DNA from: Candidatus Taenariivivens baikalensis
Lineage (GTDB): Bacteria > Omnitrophota > Omnitrophia > Omnitrophales > Aquincolibacteriaceae
Reading direction: 5' to 3'
Length of the DNA stretch: 64,000 bases
Assembly (NCBI GenBank): GCA_009691445.1
Contig: SICL01000006.1
Span: 2,486 to 66,485, forward strand
Shown here in pieces: positions 48,247 through 58,620 of the stretch; position 1 is the first letter of the stretch, and every line of letters begins with the position of its first letter. The translations under genes were made by a program, and so were the position numbers. Below the pieces are notes generated by a model, which was not told where the DNA came from, did no database searches, and saw only the letters and a program-made list of their open reading frames with translations.

Positions 48247-50322
48247 ATGAACGATAAATATTTTGACCGGGAACTCTCCTGGATTGATTTCAATGCCCGT
48301 GTCCTTGGCGAGGCCAGGGATGAGAGTAATCCTCTGCTCGAACGTCTCAAATTCATCGGAATTGTGAGCTCGAACCTGGATGAGTTTTTTATGGTGCGCG
48401 TGGCGAGTCTGAGTGCCACGGATCCCATCTTTAAGGATGTTTATCGACACGCCTTTGATCTCATGGACAGGCAGAATCATTATTTCCAGGAATCCCTGGT
48501 TCCCCAGCTTGAGCATGCGGGGATACGGCGCCTGCTTCCTCAGGGGCTCACGGATAAACAGCGGGACTATCTCGCTGCGCTGTTCCATCATGAAATTTTC
48601 CCGCTCTTGACGCCGGTTGCCATCCGTCCTGAAAATCCTGTACCGGTTTTTGTCAACCAGAGCTTGTACCGAATGGTCGCGCTAGCGGATCCGGTGCGTC
48701 TTAAAGTTAGGCATTATGCGGTGGTGGAGGTTCCTAAAAATTATCCTCGTATGATTGCGCTTCTTAGCGATTCTGGCTATTCCTTTATCACGCTTGAGGA
48801 CGTGATCTCTATGTTTGCAGGGGATCTTTTTACAGGTTATGAAATTCTGGAACAGGGGACTTTCAGAATTACACGTGCATCGGAGCTGAGTGTTGATGAG
48901 GAAAAGGATGAGGACTTTTCAAAGGTTTTAAGTGCAGCCTTATCGCTTCGTCAGCGCAGCCGGATCGTCCGTCTTGAGTACAGCGGGTATGACTTGATGA
49001 GGGATTTTCTGAAAGCCCAGCTCGAGATTTCTGATTTTAAAATTTACGAGGTGAGATCTTGGATGGATCTTAAAACGATTGCCCAGCTTGCTTATCAACC
49101 AACCTTTCCCGAACTTAAGCGGCCTCAGTGGGTGCCCAAGCCCTCGCCTGACTTTGAAAAAGCGGATGATGTCTGGAAGCTGCTTAAGGAAAAAGATGTG
49201 ATGGTTCTTCATCCTTATGAATCTTTTGACGTCTTTTTGCGTTTTTTGGCACAGGCAGCACGTGATCCGGATGTGCTTGCGATCAAACAGACTCTTTACC
49301 GCGCCAGTGAATCTTCCCGTGTGATTCATCTCCTGGAGGAAGCCGCCAACAAAGGTAAGCAGGTGACCGTCCTTGTGGAACTTAAGGCCCGCTTCGATGA
49401 AGAGCGGAATATTGAATGGGCGCACCGGCTTGTGAATGCCGGAGCCAGCGTTCTCTACGGCGTTGCGGGTTTAAAGACCCATGCGAAGGCCTGTCTTGTC
49501 GTGCGCCGGGAACCGGAAGGTATCAAACGTTATCTCCATCTTTCCACCGGAAATTACAACGAAAAAACCGCTTTGATTTATTCCGATATCGGACTTTTTA
49601 CTTCTAAGGAAGATATGACCCGGGACGTGAATGTGTTTTTCAATCTGATCACGGGTCTTTCTCAGCCCACTGGATTTTCCGCCATTGAAATTTCCCCCTT
49701 TGGACTTCGCCGGAAACTCGAAAAACTGATTATGCGCGAGACGCTGCGCGGCACGAAGGAAGCACCCGGACTGATGATGGTTAAGATGAATGCTCTCGTG
49801 GACCCTGACATGATCGACGCGCTTTATAAAGCATCGCAAAAAGGCGTGCAGATCAAACTCAATGTGCGGGGAGTTTGCTGTCTTAAGCCGGGCGTCAAGG
49901 GACTCAGCGATAACATTGAAGTCGTGAGTATTGTGGATACTTTTCTAGAACATAGCCGCGTGTTTTACTTCCATAACGGTGGGGATGAGGAGATTTATCT
50001 TTCCAGTGCAGACTGGATGCCGCGCAATCTGGATCGGCGCCTTGAGATTATGTTCCCCGTGATGGAGGAAAAAAATAAGCGATTTTTGATCGATTTGTTG
50101 AAGCACTACTTTAAGGATAATCAGCGTTCCTGGCAGTTGAATGCGCAGGGCCAGTACAAGAAAAAAGATCCGGGAAGCGAAAAAAAATTTCGCGTTCAGG
50201 AATTCTTGTGTAAGAAGGCCGCGGACAATGCTGCAGCATTATCGGTCGGAGGCAAAGAACTCAAGCCCCAGAAGCCCAAGCTTGAGTCTCCGAAGGATTT
50301 AAAAGAAGAGGTATCGGGTTAA
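48247..50322 (+). CDS. ppk1: Polyphosphate kinase 1.
   Basis: NRELSWIDFNARVL...LERLKFIGIVSSNLDEFF N-terminal signature. 691 aa. Confidence 0.9.
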   Translation: MNDKYFDRELSWIDFNARVLGEARDESNPLLERLKFIGIVSSNLDEFFMVRVASLSATDPIFKDVYRHAFDLMDRQNHYFQESLVPQLEHAGIRRLLPQGLTDKQRDYLAALFHHEIFPLLTPVAIRPENPVPVFVNQSLYRMVALADPVRLKVRHYAVVEVPKNYPRMIALLSDSGYSFITLEDVISMFAGDLFTGYEILEQGTFRITRASELSVDEEKDEDFSKVLSAALSLRQRSRIVRLEYSGYDLMRDFLKAQLEISDFKIYEVRSWMDLKTIAQLAYQPTFPELKRPQWVPKPSPDFEKADDVWKLLKEKDVMVLHPYESFDVFLRFLAQAARDPDVLAIKQTLYRASESSRVIHLLEEAANKGKQVTVLVELKARFDEERNIEWAHRLVNAGASVLYGVAGLKTHAKACLVVRREPEGIKRYLHLSTGNYNEKTALIYSDIGLFTSKEDMTRDVNVFFNLITGLSQPTGFSAIEISPFGLRRKLEKLIMRETLRGTKEAPGLMMVKMNALVDPDMIDALYKASQKGVQIKLNVRGVCCLKPGVKGLSDNIEVVSIVDTFLEHSRVFYFHNGGDEEIYLSSADWMPRNLDRRLEIMFPVMEEKNKRFLIDLLKHYFKDNQRSWQLNAQGQYKKKDPGSEKKFRVQEFLCKKAADNAAALSVGGKELKPQKPKLESPKDLKEEVSG

Positions 50323-50966
50323 TCCCACGCTTCGCGGCGTTTCCGGTAAACCATAGCCGCTTTCACGCTTACAATTTTTCGGCTTGGAAGAATCAGGGCG
50401 CTTAGCCTCCCTCCGTAGACACAGCCAGTATCCAGCCCGATAACATTTTTTCTCACCAAGGGTTTACGGCGGACCCAGTGTCCAAAAACAACGGTTTTTC
50501 TCCCGTGATAAAAATGGTACCAGGGTTTTTCTTCTATCCCAAGGGTTCGAAGCGTAGCCAGATCGATCCGAGTTTGCTTTTTTAAAGCCACACGAGGTTT
50601 AAGACCCGCATGGACCACAATCCAGTTTGGGCCTTGAACATAGAGCGGGCATCGGGAAATCCATTTCATATATGTTTTGAATCGCCGTCCCATTTCCCGG
50701 ACCGTGGCGCGGTCATGCGATTTGATGTCAGGTTTTTTTCCGGCTTTCCAGCACAAAAGAAAACGAAGTTCATGATTGCCCAGAATACAGGTGAGATTGG
50801 GAAGACTCATGGCCAGATCCAGTACTTTAGAGCTGGAAGGGCCTTTTGCGATAAGATCGCCTACACAGATCAGGCGATCCTGATCCGTGACCTTGAGTTT
50901 TCGTAAAAGTCTTTTCCACTCACGGATGCATCCGTGAATGTCGCCAAAAATAATGGTTCGCTTCAT
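50319..50966 (-). CDS. Calcineurin-like metallophosphoesterase (ApaH/PrpE-type Ser/Thr phosphatase or diadenosine tetraphosphatase-like).
   Basis: GDIHGC...GDLIAKGP...GNHE metallophosphatase motifs. 215 aa. Confidence 0.7.
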   Translation of the reverse strand: MKRTIIFGDIHGCIREWKRLLRKLKVTDQDRLICVGDLIAKGPSSSKVLDLAMSLPNLTCILGNHELRFLLCWKAGKKPDIKSHDRATVREMGRRFKTYMKWISRCPLYVQGPNWIVVHAGLKPRVALKKQTRIDLATLRTLGIEEKPWYHFYHGRKTVVFGHWVRRKPLVRKNVIGLDTGCVYGGRLSALILPSRKIVSVKAAMVYRKRREAWD

Positions 50967-51007
50967 AGAGTTATTTTTTTTACGTTAGCGATAAGAGTTA
51001 AGCCGGC

Positions 51008-52351
51008 TTACTTTCTTTTCATCCACGAAATATTTTGCGCGCCTTCATTCCTTCCTAATATCGGTTTAATGCCTGCCACGCTGAAAAAAAGATCCAGGCT
51101 TGATATCTTGCGGTGAGTTTTCCGTACTTCCTGAAATTTCCCGGAAAGAAATGAATGAGAAATAAACCGGAGCAAGGTTGAAAGCGCAAATAAGCTGTAG
51201 AATCTCGATCCCCAAAGGGGCGGCAAATGTTCGGCAAGGAAACCTCCTAAAGAGGCCCCGATAAAGATAGCCGCTCCATTGATCAGATTGAAGTAACTCA
51301 GGCAACGGGTGCGTTTACCGGGCGTGACGGCATCAAAAATAAAGTTAACGGAACAAAGATTGAATCCTGCCCAGATAAATCCCGCATAAATTTCCACGGC
51401 AATCAGATAGTAAAAATTTTTTGAAAATAACCATAAAAATGGTACGAGGGGAATCAAAAGGCTTGTGATGTGAAGGATTTTTGCATTTCCCACATGATCC
51501 GCATGCCGGCCCCAGATAGGAAACGCGATCCAGCCGACCAAGGTGGTCAGCAGCATCACGATCATGTATTGAAGATAGCTGAAGTTCAGTTCTTTAAGAA
51601 TGTAGACATTAAAATAGGGGGATGCAAGATTGGTGGTCAAAGAAATCGAGGCCACGAACAAGACAAATTTCACAAAATTACTTTCCCGAATGCGCATGAT
51701 AAACATCCAGAAGGTGAAATCGTGAGTTCGATCATGAGGGATAGTGACATCCTCCATTTTGGACATGAGATAGGAGGAAATTAAACGGCAGACGGTGGCG
51801 GATACAAAAAGGAGAATAAAGCCTAGCTTTTTGGAACTGCCTGAGCGGTCAAAGAAATAAAGAAGAAGACCTCCGCCGGCCACTCCGAGGACGCTGGCGA
51901 GAGTGGAAACTTGAGACCTCCAGCCAAAATAGTTTCCGCGTCCTTCAGGCGGGAGGTAATGACTTATCAAACTTTGCCACACGGTTGAGATGAGATTTCC
52001 TGTCATCCGAAAAATCGTAATCAATAAGATCAAAAAGGAGATTGCCAGAGCCCCTGAAGGCATCAGGGGGAGAAAACACACGGGAATAAGAATAAGCGCT
52101 TGAAGAAGTGTGGCGAAAATCAAAAAGCGAAGCTGGCTTCCTGCTCGTTTGACCGCATGGATTGCAAATAGAAGCACTATGGATGAGAGGAGGTTAGGAA
52201 AGGCGACCAAAAGCCCTATTTGCTTGGGCGAGGCCCCGAGGAAAAGTCCAAGGGGGATTAAATAATTATCCATGACCGCAAGCATGACGGCAGCGGGGAT
52301 GCCTTCTTGCCAGGAAATAGCGAGACTTTTTTGGTAAGGATTAGACATCAA
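51008..52351 (-). CDS. MFS-family transporter.
   Basis: About 12 predicted hydrophobic helices; 447 aa; typical MFS composition. Substrate unknown. Confidence 0.65.
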   Translation of the reverse strand: MMSNPYQKSLAISWQEGIPAAVMLAVMDNYLIPLGLFLGASPKQIGLLVAFPNLLSSIVLLFAIHAVKRAGSQLRFLIFATLLQALILIPVCFLPLMPSGALAISFLILLITIFRMTGNLISTVWQSLISHYLPPEGRGNYFGWRSQVSTLASVLGVAGGGLLLYFFDRSGSSKKLGFILLFVSATVCRLISSYLMSKMEDVTIPHDRTHDFTFWMFIMRIRESNFVKFVLFVASISLTTNLASPYFNVYILKELNFSYLQYMIVMLLTTLVGWIAFPIWGRHADHVGNAKILHITSLLIPLVPFLWLFSKNFYYLIAVEIYAGFIWAGFNLCSVNFIFDAVTPGKRTRCLSYFNLINGAAIFIGASLGGFLAEHLPPLWGSRFYSLFALSTLLRFISHSFLSGKFQEVRKTHRKISSLDLFFSVAGIKPILGRNEGAQNISWMKRK

Positions 52352-52399
52352 ACAATCTCAAATTCCAAATACTAAATCCGAAATTCAGATTTAATATCT

Positions 52400-53140
52400 T
52401 TAGGTTTTAAACCTTGATCTTGCCAGCTTAATGAAATGCCTAAACAAACGGGATTGAACCGGATCCTTAGGCTGACGCTCGGGATGCCACTGAACCGCAA
52501 GAGTCCGGGGCGGCCCCTGAATCGCTTCCGGAATTCCGTCCTCAGAAAAGGCAATAATGTTCATCCAGCGTCCGGGTGTTTTGATCGCCTGATGATGCTC
52601 GCTGTGTACCAGGAATGATTCGTGGCGCGTAATTCGGCGAAGCAAGGAGCCCGGCATGACTTTGATACGATGAAGGGGATTTTTCTTAGAGCGATGATTC
52701 TTGGCGCCCTTGATTTCAGTCTGGATATCTTGGCAGAGCGTCCCTCCGTGCAGGACATTGAGAAGCTGCATACCGTAGCAAATGGCAAAGACGGGGATTT
52801 TACGCCGTTGGGCGGCCTGGAAAAGTGATTTCTCAAAATAAATTCTTCCGCGGTACATCGGATCGACTTTGCGCGTTGCTTTCTCACCATAAAATGCGGG
52901 AGGAATGTCCGCACCTCCTGTAATGACAATTCCATCGATGTGATGAAGCAGCTGTCCGATGTCGTGGGGAAAGGGGATAATCGGAATCAGGACTGGAATT
53001 CCTCCGGCGCGCAGGATGGCCCGCACATAACGGTAATCACAAAGAAGGTCAAACTCTGAGAAATAGGGTTTGAGTTTTTTGACCTCGCAAGTAATGCCGA
53101 TGACCGGTTTGCGGCGCCGCACGACTTTCTTTCGTTTCAT
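52400..53140 (-). CDS. Class I glutamine-amidotransferase-like hydrolase (peptidase C26 / gamma-glutamyl-GABA hydrolase family).
   Basis: AICYGMQLLNV (catalytic Cys), HHQAI and AVQWHPE motifs. Confidence 0.75.
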   Translation of the reverse strand: MKRKKVVRRRKPVIGITCEVKKLKPYFSEFDLLCDYRYVRAILRAGGIPVLIPIIPFPHDIGQLLHHIDGIVITGGADIPPAFYGEKATRKVDPMYRGRIYFEKSLFQAAQRRKIPVFAICYGMQLLNVLHGGTLCQDIQTEIKGAKNHRSKKNPLHRIKVMPGSLLRRITRHESFLVHSEHHQAIKTPGRWMNIIAFSEDGIPEAIQGPPRTLAVQWHPERQPKDPVQSRLFRHFIKLARSRFKT

Positions 53141-53191
53141 AATGAATGGATCTCCGACACAGGATTACGTCAGAATGGGTAAGAGACTTAA

Positions 53192-53322
53192 ATAACCAAG
53201 ATCCAAGAAACAAGTATCCAAATAATAATCAAGCGACAAGATGCAAGTGTCCAAACAGTTTGTCATTTGTAGCTTGCTTCTTGGAGATTTGGTTATTATT
53301 TGGTGTTTGTATCTTGGATCTT
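53192..53322. repeat. Intergenic heptamer-array hairpin element, copy 3 of 4.
   Basis: aaccaagatccaagaaacaagtatccaaataataatcaagcgacaagatgcaag ... cttgcttcttggagatttggttattatttggtgtttgtatcttggatcttg. Confidence 0.6.
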
Positions 53323-53349
53323 GCAAAAGAGAGTCCTCTCTTTATGCCC

Positions 53350-53709
53350 TTACCAATTTGCTTCTTTGCGCCCAAGCCAGGTGCGGTCGATCTTGGGGAG
53401 CTTAACTCCCAGACGCAGCGCAAATTTTTCAAACGAATTGCCGTCCAGAAGTTCTTCAAGGGCAAGGGCGTATTTTTTAGCAAACTGGATCTGCCAAGTG
53501 GGGTGATGGCGGTGCTGGCAAATTTCTGCAGCCTTCCGGATAACATCAGCCTGGTTCCATCCTTTTTTAAAATATTTAAAAATCCGAAGCACTTCATCCG
53601 GAATATCGATTTCACGCAGTTCCTCTTCATACTTGCGAAAAAAAAGATCCACGTAGCGACTTGCTGGAACCCAGTGATTGGCCCAGGCCAGTTTGGATTG
53701 CGTTCCCAA
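53350..53709 (-). CDS. Hypothetical protein (119 aa) downstream of the amidoligase-like gene.
   Basis: ORF only, with coding-like composition. It competes with overlapping alternative frames, so the call is uncertain. Confidence 0.3.
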   Translation of the reverse strand: MGTQSKLAWANHWVPASRYVDLFFRKYEEELREIDIPDEVLRIFKYFKKGWNQADVIRKAAEICQHRHHPTWQIQFAKKYALALEELLDGNSFEKFALRLGVKLPKIDRTWLGRKEANW

Positions 53710-53732
53710 CCTAGCGGCCTGGTCGCGGGCCT

Positions 53733-54527
53733 TCAGATAATTAACGTGAGTGGATTGATTGAGCGGTGTTTAAGCCATCGCAAGGTGACGGCGTGGCAAA
53801 CGACGAGGCAGGCGACAATGTATTCTGGAATGGAACTGTCCAGGATTCTTAGTTCCAGGGTGGGCGGTTTTCTGGTATTTCCCCGATTAAAGTTTATTTC
53901 CCGGAAATGATCCTTAAAAAAGCGTTCCCGTTTGGTGATCTTGAAATATTTCTTGGTTCCCCGGAGAAGACGGCTTGAAGGGGGTTTGGTAATCTGCTCA
54001 CGCCAGACCGTTGAATTTGCTGAGAGTGCAATTAGAAAAGGAATATGACCGTGCAAGCACTGAGCGAGTTTTTTTGCGTCGTCATAGGGGATGCCGTCTT
54101 TTCCTAATCCCAAATGAATGTGGCATCCGGAAAATCGGTCAATCCAACCGCCAACGGGGAAGATCGTTAATCGGTGAGTTTCTCCGTTTGATTCGCGGAA
54201 CTTGGCGTATTTGCGGAGGCTGTTTTTGAGTAGAAAAAAGGCCTCGCGAAGGGTGAGGAAGGCTTTGCTGTTAAATTCAGAGCCGATGCTCCAGTCGCGG
54301 GTGAATTGTTCTCCCTTTTCGACGGCGGAACGCTTGGAAAAGTGGAGTTCCCGTGAGATGCGGTTTTCAGCCACATCGATCGAGTAGCTTTCAAGCTCAA
54401 CGCCCATCGTCACGGCAGGTTTTTTCTTGCGGGACTTAACGGTCTTCATGGAACAACGCTGCGCATTGAATGATTCCAGTTTGAACGCGAAATCATAGCA
54501 GAATGCCTCTAGAATAAAAGAACCCAA
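53733..54527 (-). CDS. Putative amidoligase-family enzyme (GCS2 / glutamine-synthetase-like fold). Low-confidence family assignment.
   Basis: N-terminal MGVELESYS resembles the amidoligase G-x-E-x-E motif. 264 aa. Co-directional with, and upstream of, the C26 hydrolase gene. Confidence 0.35.
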   Translation of the reverse strand: MGSFILEAFCYDFAFKLESFNAQRCSMKTVKSRKKKPAVTMGVELESYSIDVAENRISRELHFSKRSAVEKGEQFTRDWSIGSEFNSKAFLTLREAFFLLKNSLRKYAKFRESNGETHRLTIFPVGGWIDRFSGCHIHLGLGKDGIPYDDAKKLAQCLHGHIPFLIALSANSTVWREQITKPPSSRLLRGTKKYFKITKRERFFKDHFREINFNRGNTRKPPTLELRILDSSIPEYIVACLVVCHAVTLRWLKHRSINPLTLII

Positions 54528-54603
54528 AAAAGCTGTGTCATTCGTTGAATTAGGGATTGATCGCCCCTATAATGACGCAACTCATTGAAAGGTCACAGTC
54601 GTT

Positions 54604-55911
54604 ATGGCGGAAGAATCGTTTGTTCCTCTGATTCAAAAGTATTTTGAAAGTGATCCGGTTACGGCCGCTCATCATCTGGAAACTCTGGATGAGGATCAGG
54701 CTGTGGATGTCCTCAAATCCCTCAGCCCTTCCCTTTGTGCGCGCGTCGTGTTGTATCTTCCGGATGCCTTCGCGGCTTCCTTGCTGCAGAAAGTCCCCAC
54801 GGAATTTTTTAAAGAAATTGTGGATCATCTGGAATCTCAGGACGGGGCGAGTTTGTTCCTGCATCTTCCTCCGGAAACGCGCTCGCTGTTTCTGGAGTAT
54901 CTTTCAGATCAGAAAAAGAAAGAGATCTCCGAATTTTTGACCTATCCAGAAAATAGCGCCGGGCGGATTATGTCGACAGACTTTTTAGCGTTTCACGGCG
55001 ATCTAAAAATCAAGGATGTTGTCCACAAACTCCGCCAAATGATTCAAAAAGGCAGCCGCGCGTCTTATGTCTATGTGGTGGACTCTCAAAACCAGCTTGT
55101 GGGCGTGATGAATATGCGTGATATGTTGATCGCTGATGATGATGCAGCCCTTGATTCCGTGATGCGGCGGGAAGTTTTCACGGTGAATTGCTTCATGGAC
55201 CGGGAACAGGTGGCGAATGAACTTTCAAATCGGCATTACATTTCCGCTCCTGTCGTGGATCATGAAAATCGTCTACTTGGAATTGTGAAAGCGGACCAAT
55301 TAATTGAAGATGTTCAGGAGGAGGCCACGGAAGATTTACAGAAGATGTTCGGTGCTGGAGGGGACGAGCGAGTTTTTTCTCCGATTCGTTTTTCGCTGAA
55401 GACGCGTCTTCCCTGGCTTCATATCAATCTTGCCACGGCGTTTCTTGCGGGATCTGTGGTGGCATTTTTCCAGGATTTTATCGGGAAATTCCCCGTACTT
55501 GCTGTTTATTTGCCGGTGGTTGCCGGTCAAGGGGGTAACACGGGAGCTCAGTCTCTCGCGGTGGTGATTCGCGGAATTGTCCTGCGGGAAATCCCCGCTA
55601 AAAAAGTTTCCCGGCTTATTTTTAAAGAGGCATGGATTGGTGCGGTGAACGGTTTTGTGATCGGCATTGTCACGGCCCTGGCGGCTTGGCTTTGGCAGGG
55701 TAATCCTTTTCTGGGTTTGGTGGTGGGGCTTGCCATGTTCTGTAATATGATGCTGGCTGGACTTTTTGGAGCGGCCATCCCGATTACGATGAAAGCCATT
55801 GGCCTTGATCCGGCGCAATGTTCGAATATTATCCTGACGACCATCACCGATGTGATAGGGTTTTTATGCTTCCTCGGTTTCGCTTATTTATTTCAAAACT
55901 ATCTTCACTAA
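54604..55911 (+). CDS. mgtE: Magnesium transporter MgtE.
   Basis: CBS-pair region plus C-terminal TM domain with VAGQGGNTGAQSLAVVIRG. 435 aa. Confidence 0.85.
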   Translation: MAEESFVPLIQKYFESDPVTAAHHLETLDEDQAVDVLKSLSPSLCARVVLYLPDAFAASLLQKVPTEFFKEIVDHLESQDGASLFLHLPPETRSLFLEYLSDQKKKEISEFLTYPENSAGRIMSTDFLAFHGDLKIKDVVHKLRQMIQKGSRASYVYVVDSQNQLVGVMNMRDMLIADDDAALDSVMRREVFTVNCFMDREQVANELSNRHYISAPVVDHENRLLGIVKADQLIEDVQEEATEDLQKMFGAGGDERVFSPIRFSLKTRLPWLHINLATAFLAGSVVAFFQDFIGKFPVLAVYLPVVAGQGGNTGAQSLAVVIRGIVLREIPAKKVSRLIFKEAWIGAVNGFVIGIVTALAAWLWQGNPFLGLVVGLAMFCNMMLAGLFGAAIPITMKAIGLDPAQCSNIILTTITDVIGFLCFLGFAYLFQNYLH

Positions 55912-55920
55912 GGATTATTT

Positions 55921-56838
55921 ATGCCTGAATGCTGGCTGTGGATTGGCTTTAATGTCTTAATTTTTTTTCTGCTTTATCTCGATCTGTTTGTTTTTAATCG
56001 TAACGCTCATGAAATTAAAATTAAGGAAGCCCTGGTCTCGAGTTTAATCTGGATTATCGTCGCCTTAATTTTTAATGCCGGGGTATTTTGGTTTTCAGGA
56101 AAAGAGCACGGTTTTAATTTTTTAACGGGGTACGTGCTAGAACGGTCTTTGAGCATTGACAATCTTTTCGTGTTTTTACTGATTTTTACTTATTTTCAGG
56201 TTCCGGCCCAATATCAGCATAAAATTCTATTCTGGGGAATTTTGGGGACAGTGGTCACTCGAGCTGCTTTCATTCTGGGCGGCATCGCAATCATTGAGCG
56301 TTTTCAGTGGATACTTTATCTTCTTGGTGTTGTTTTAATTTTTTCAGGATTTAAATTACTTAAAGGTGAAGACAAAGAGATGGATCCTGGGAAAAATCCC
56401 GTCTTGAAAGTATTTAAACGGTTTTTTCCAGTGACCACTCAACTGCATGGAGGGAAATTTTTTGTCAGGGAGGAAGGGCGCCTTATGGCGACGCCCCTTT
56501 TTGTGGTGTTACTGGTGATGGAAACAACCGATGTTGTTTTTGCTGTGGACTCGATTCCTGCCATTTTATCCATTACGCGGGATCCGTTTATCGTTTATAG
56601 CTCGAATGTGTTTGCCATTTTGGGGCTTCGGGCCCTTTATTTTGCACTGGCGGGTCTGATGCAGCTTTTTCAGTATTTGAACTACGGACTCGGTGTTATT
56701 TTGATGTTTGTCGGCGTAAAAATGCTGGTTCAGCCTTTTTACCACATCTCTGTTCTTTTTTCACTCGGGGTGATTGTTTCGGTGCTCACTCTTTCGATTA
56801 TTTTTTCTCTCATTTTCCCTAAAAACAAGCAGCATTAA
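55921..56838 (+). CDS. TerC/Alx-family integral membrane protein.
   Basis: Repeated SIDNLFVFLLIF / AVDSIPAI motifs typical of the TerC family. 305 aa. Confidence 0.8.
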   Translation: MPECWLWIGFNVLIFFLLYLDLFVFNRNAHEIKIKEALVSSLIWIIVALIFNAGVFWFSGKEHGFNFLTGYVLERSLSIDNLFVFLLIFTYFQVPAQYQHKILFWGILGTVVTRAAFILGGIAIIERFQWILYLLGVVLIFSGFKLLKGEDKEMDPGKNPVLKVFKRFFPVTTQLHGGKFFVREEGRLMATPLFVVLLVMETTDVVFAVDSIPAILSITRDPFIVYSSNVFAILGLRALYFALAGLMQLFQYLNYGLGVILMFVGVKMLVQPFYHISVLFSLGVIVSVLTLSIIFSLIFPKNKQH

Positions 56839-56851
56839 TCCGGAGATTTTT

Positions 56852-57607
56852 ATGAAATCAAATTTTGCGGCCTCCGCTTTTTTAATGATGTTTCTTTTCT
56901 CCTCAACCTTGAGGGCGGAAGCGCCGGAGCATTTTTATAATGCCAACGAAAATCTGAATCCGGATCCCAAGTACACGCCGGGGGATGTGCCACTGGAAGA
57001 TACCAATAAGGCCCGTTCTTTTTACACCGCGGAACAGCAGGAACTTGCGGCTTCAGGCGACACCGCTTCCGAAGTGCTCTACACACTTGGACACGGCGAG
57101 ATTTCTTTCAGCGCCGTAAAAAATGAAACCGCGAATGTGCTCGGTTTTTTCCGGAATTATTTTGGCGTGGTTAAGATCAAAGACGGAATTCCTGTGGGTT
57201 TGACCATGGTCATTGATATTAATTCCCTGGACACGGCTGTGCCGGGAAGAAATAACCGGATCCTCAATTTGCTTTTCCGGAGTATGACGCCCGAGCTTGG
57301 AACCGCGCGAGTGGAATTTCAGGAGCTGGATTGGGGCGGAAAAAGTTTTGCTGAGGCGGGTGACGGGGCCGTTCACGGGATCAAAGCTTCCGGGACTTTG
57401 GATTTGAACGGTGTCCAAAAACCAATCACGGCCTCTTTGAATCTTCAAAAACAGAAGGGAATCTGGGCGGTTGAAACCGCATCTCCGATTTCCATTCTCA
57501 TTTCCGATTATCAGTTTGAGAACCGGGTGTATGAGCTGATGAAATCTTGTAATCATAAGTCCATCGGTAATCAGGTGGATGTGAAAGTGGAATTGTTCTT
57601 TAAATAA
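56852..57607 (+). CDS. YceI-like domain secreted protein (divergent). Start moved to the internal ATG with a signal peptide.
   Basis: Signal peptide MKSNFAASAFLMMFLFSSTLRA. GTLDLNGVQKPITASLNLQ resembles the YceI G.LT.HGVTKPV segment. Confidence 0.5.
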   Translation: MKSNFAASAFLMMFLFSSTLRAEAPEHFYNANENLNPDPKYTPGDVPLEDTNKARSFYTAEQQELAASGDTASEVLYTLGHGEISFSAVKNETANVLGFFRNYFGVVKIKDGIPVGLTMVIDINSLDTAVPGRNNRILNLLFRSMTPELGTARVEFQELDWGGKSFAEAGDGAVHGIKASGTLDLNGVQKPITASLNLQKQKGIWAVETASPISILISDYQFENRVYELMKSCNHKSIGNQVDVKVELFFK

Positions 57608-57652
57608 AAATGCCTTTCGATCCAACTAATTCTTGATAGAATCGGCCCCATT

Positions 57653-58573
57653 ATGATCAATGACATTACGGATTTTTTGCGCGCCACCGAAGCCGCGGCC
57701 ATTGCCGCCTCAGAGTGGGTAGGAACCGGCGACAAACTCAATGCGGATAAGGCGGCTACCGATGCAATGCGAGAGCGTCTGAACCGGATTGAATTTGCTG
57801 GCAAGGTCGTTATTGGTGAGGGAAAGAAAGACGAAAGCGCGGGGCTTTTTAATAATGACTGGGTTGGACGGTTTGCTAATCAGAAAATGTCGGATTACTA
57901 CGAGCTTGCTGTTGATCCGATTGATGGAACCCGCCCGACCGTAACTTCCGGCCCGGAAGCTCTGAGCGTTCTTGCCGCTGCCAATGCCGGCTGTATGTTT
58001 ACGACCGAGGAATTTTATATGCACAAGCTTGCCTACGGTCCCTTGATTGCCCATAAAGTAAAACTGAACATCCACGATTCGATCGAAACGATTGTGGAAA
58101 AAGTTTCTAAAGCAACGGGTAAGGCTCCTCATCGAATAGTTGTCTGTCTGCTCGATCGTCCCCGCCACGAAAAATATGTGGCCGTCCTCAGAAAAATGAG
58201 TGTCCGGACAAAATTGATTCAAGACTGCGATATATCAGGCGCGATTGCAACCTGCCTTCCGGAAAGCGGCATTGATCTTCTTTACGGCATTGGCGGAGCT
58301 CCGGAGGCGGTGATTACTGCGGCCGCGATGAAATGTCTTGGCGGTGGATTTCAAGCGCAGATCGTCAATAAAGAGTGCGCGATTTTTCAACCCAAAGTTT
58401 ATGACATTGAAGATTTGGTGAAGGGCGAATGCGCGTTTGCTGCGACAGGGATCACGAATGGCAGTCTCCTCAAAGGTGTCCGTTTTACCAGCCGCGGACC
58501 GGTGACGCACAGTGTGATGATGCGCTCTAAAAGTGGTACCGTTCGGTGGATAACGGCTTATCACGGAAATTAA
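57653..58573 (+). CDS. glpX: Class II fructose-1,6-bisphosphatase (GlpX).
   Basis: ATEAAAIAASEWVGTGDKLNADKAATDAMRERLN, DPIDGTRP and GIGGAPE follow GlpX closely. Confidence 0.85.
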   Translation: MINDITDFLRATEAAAIAASEWVGTGDKLNADKAATDAMRERLNRIEFAGKVVIGEGKKDESAGLFNNDWVGRFANQKMSDYYELAVDPIDGTRPTVTSGPEALSVLAAANAGCMFTTEEFYMHKLAYGPLIAHKVKLNIHDSIETIVEKVSKATGKAPHRIVVCLLDRPRHEKYVAVLRKMSVRTKLIQDCDISGAIATCLPESGIDLLYGIGGAPEAVITAAAMKCLGGGFQAQIVNKECAIFQPKVYDIEDLVKGECAFAATGITNGSLLKGVRFTSRGPVTHSVMMRSKSGTVRWITAYHGN

Positions 58574-58620
58574 TCTGAAATTTTAAAGCGAAACTATAAA
58601 ATTGAAGGCGGAGCATAAAA

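Noticed and set aside
53146-53910. 254-aa plus-strand ORF spanning the heptamer hairpin element and overlapping minus-strand genes.
   Set aside because: Its N-terminal third is translated straight through the intergenic repeat element. It conflicts with the amidoligase-like and hypothetical genes on the minus strand and has no recognisable features.
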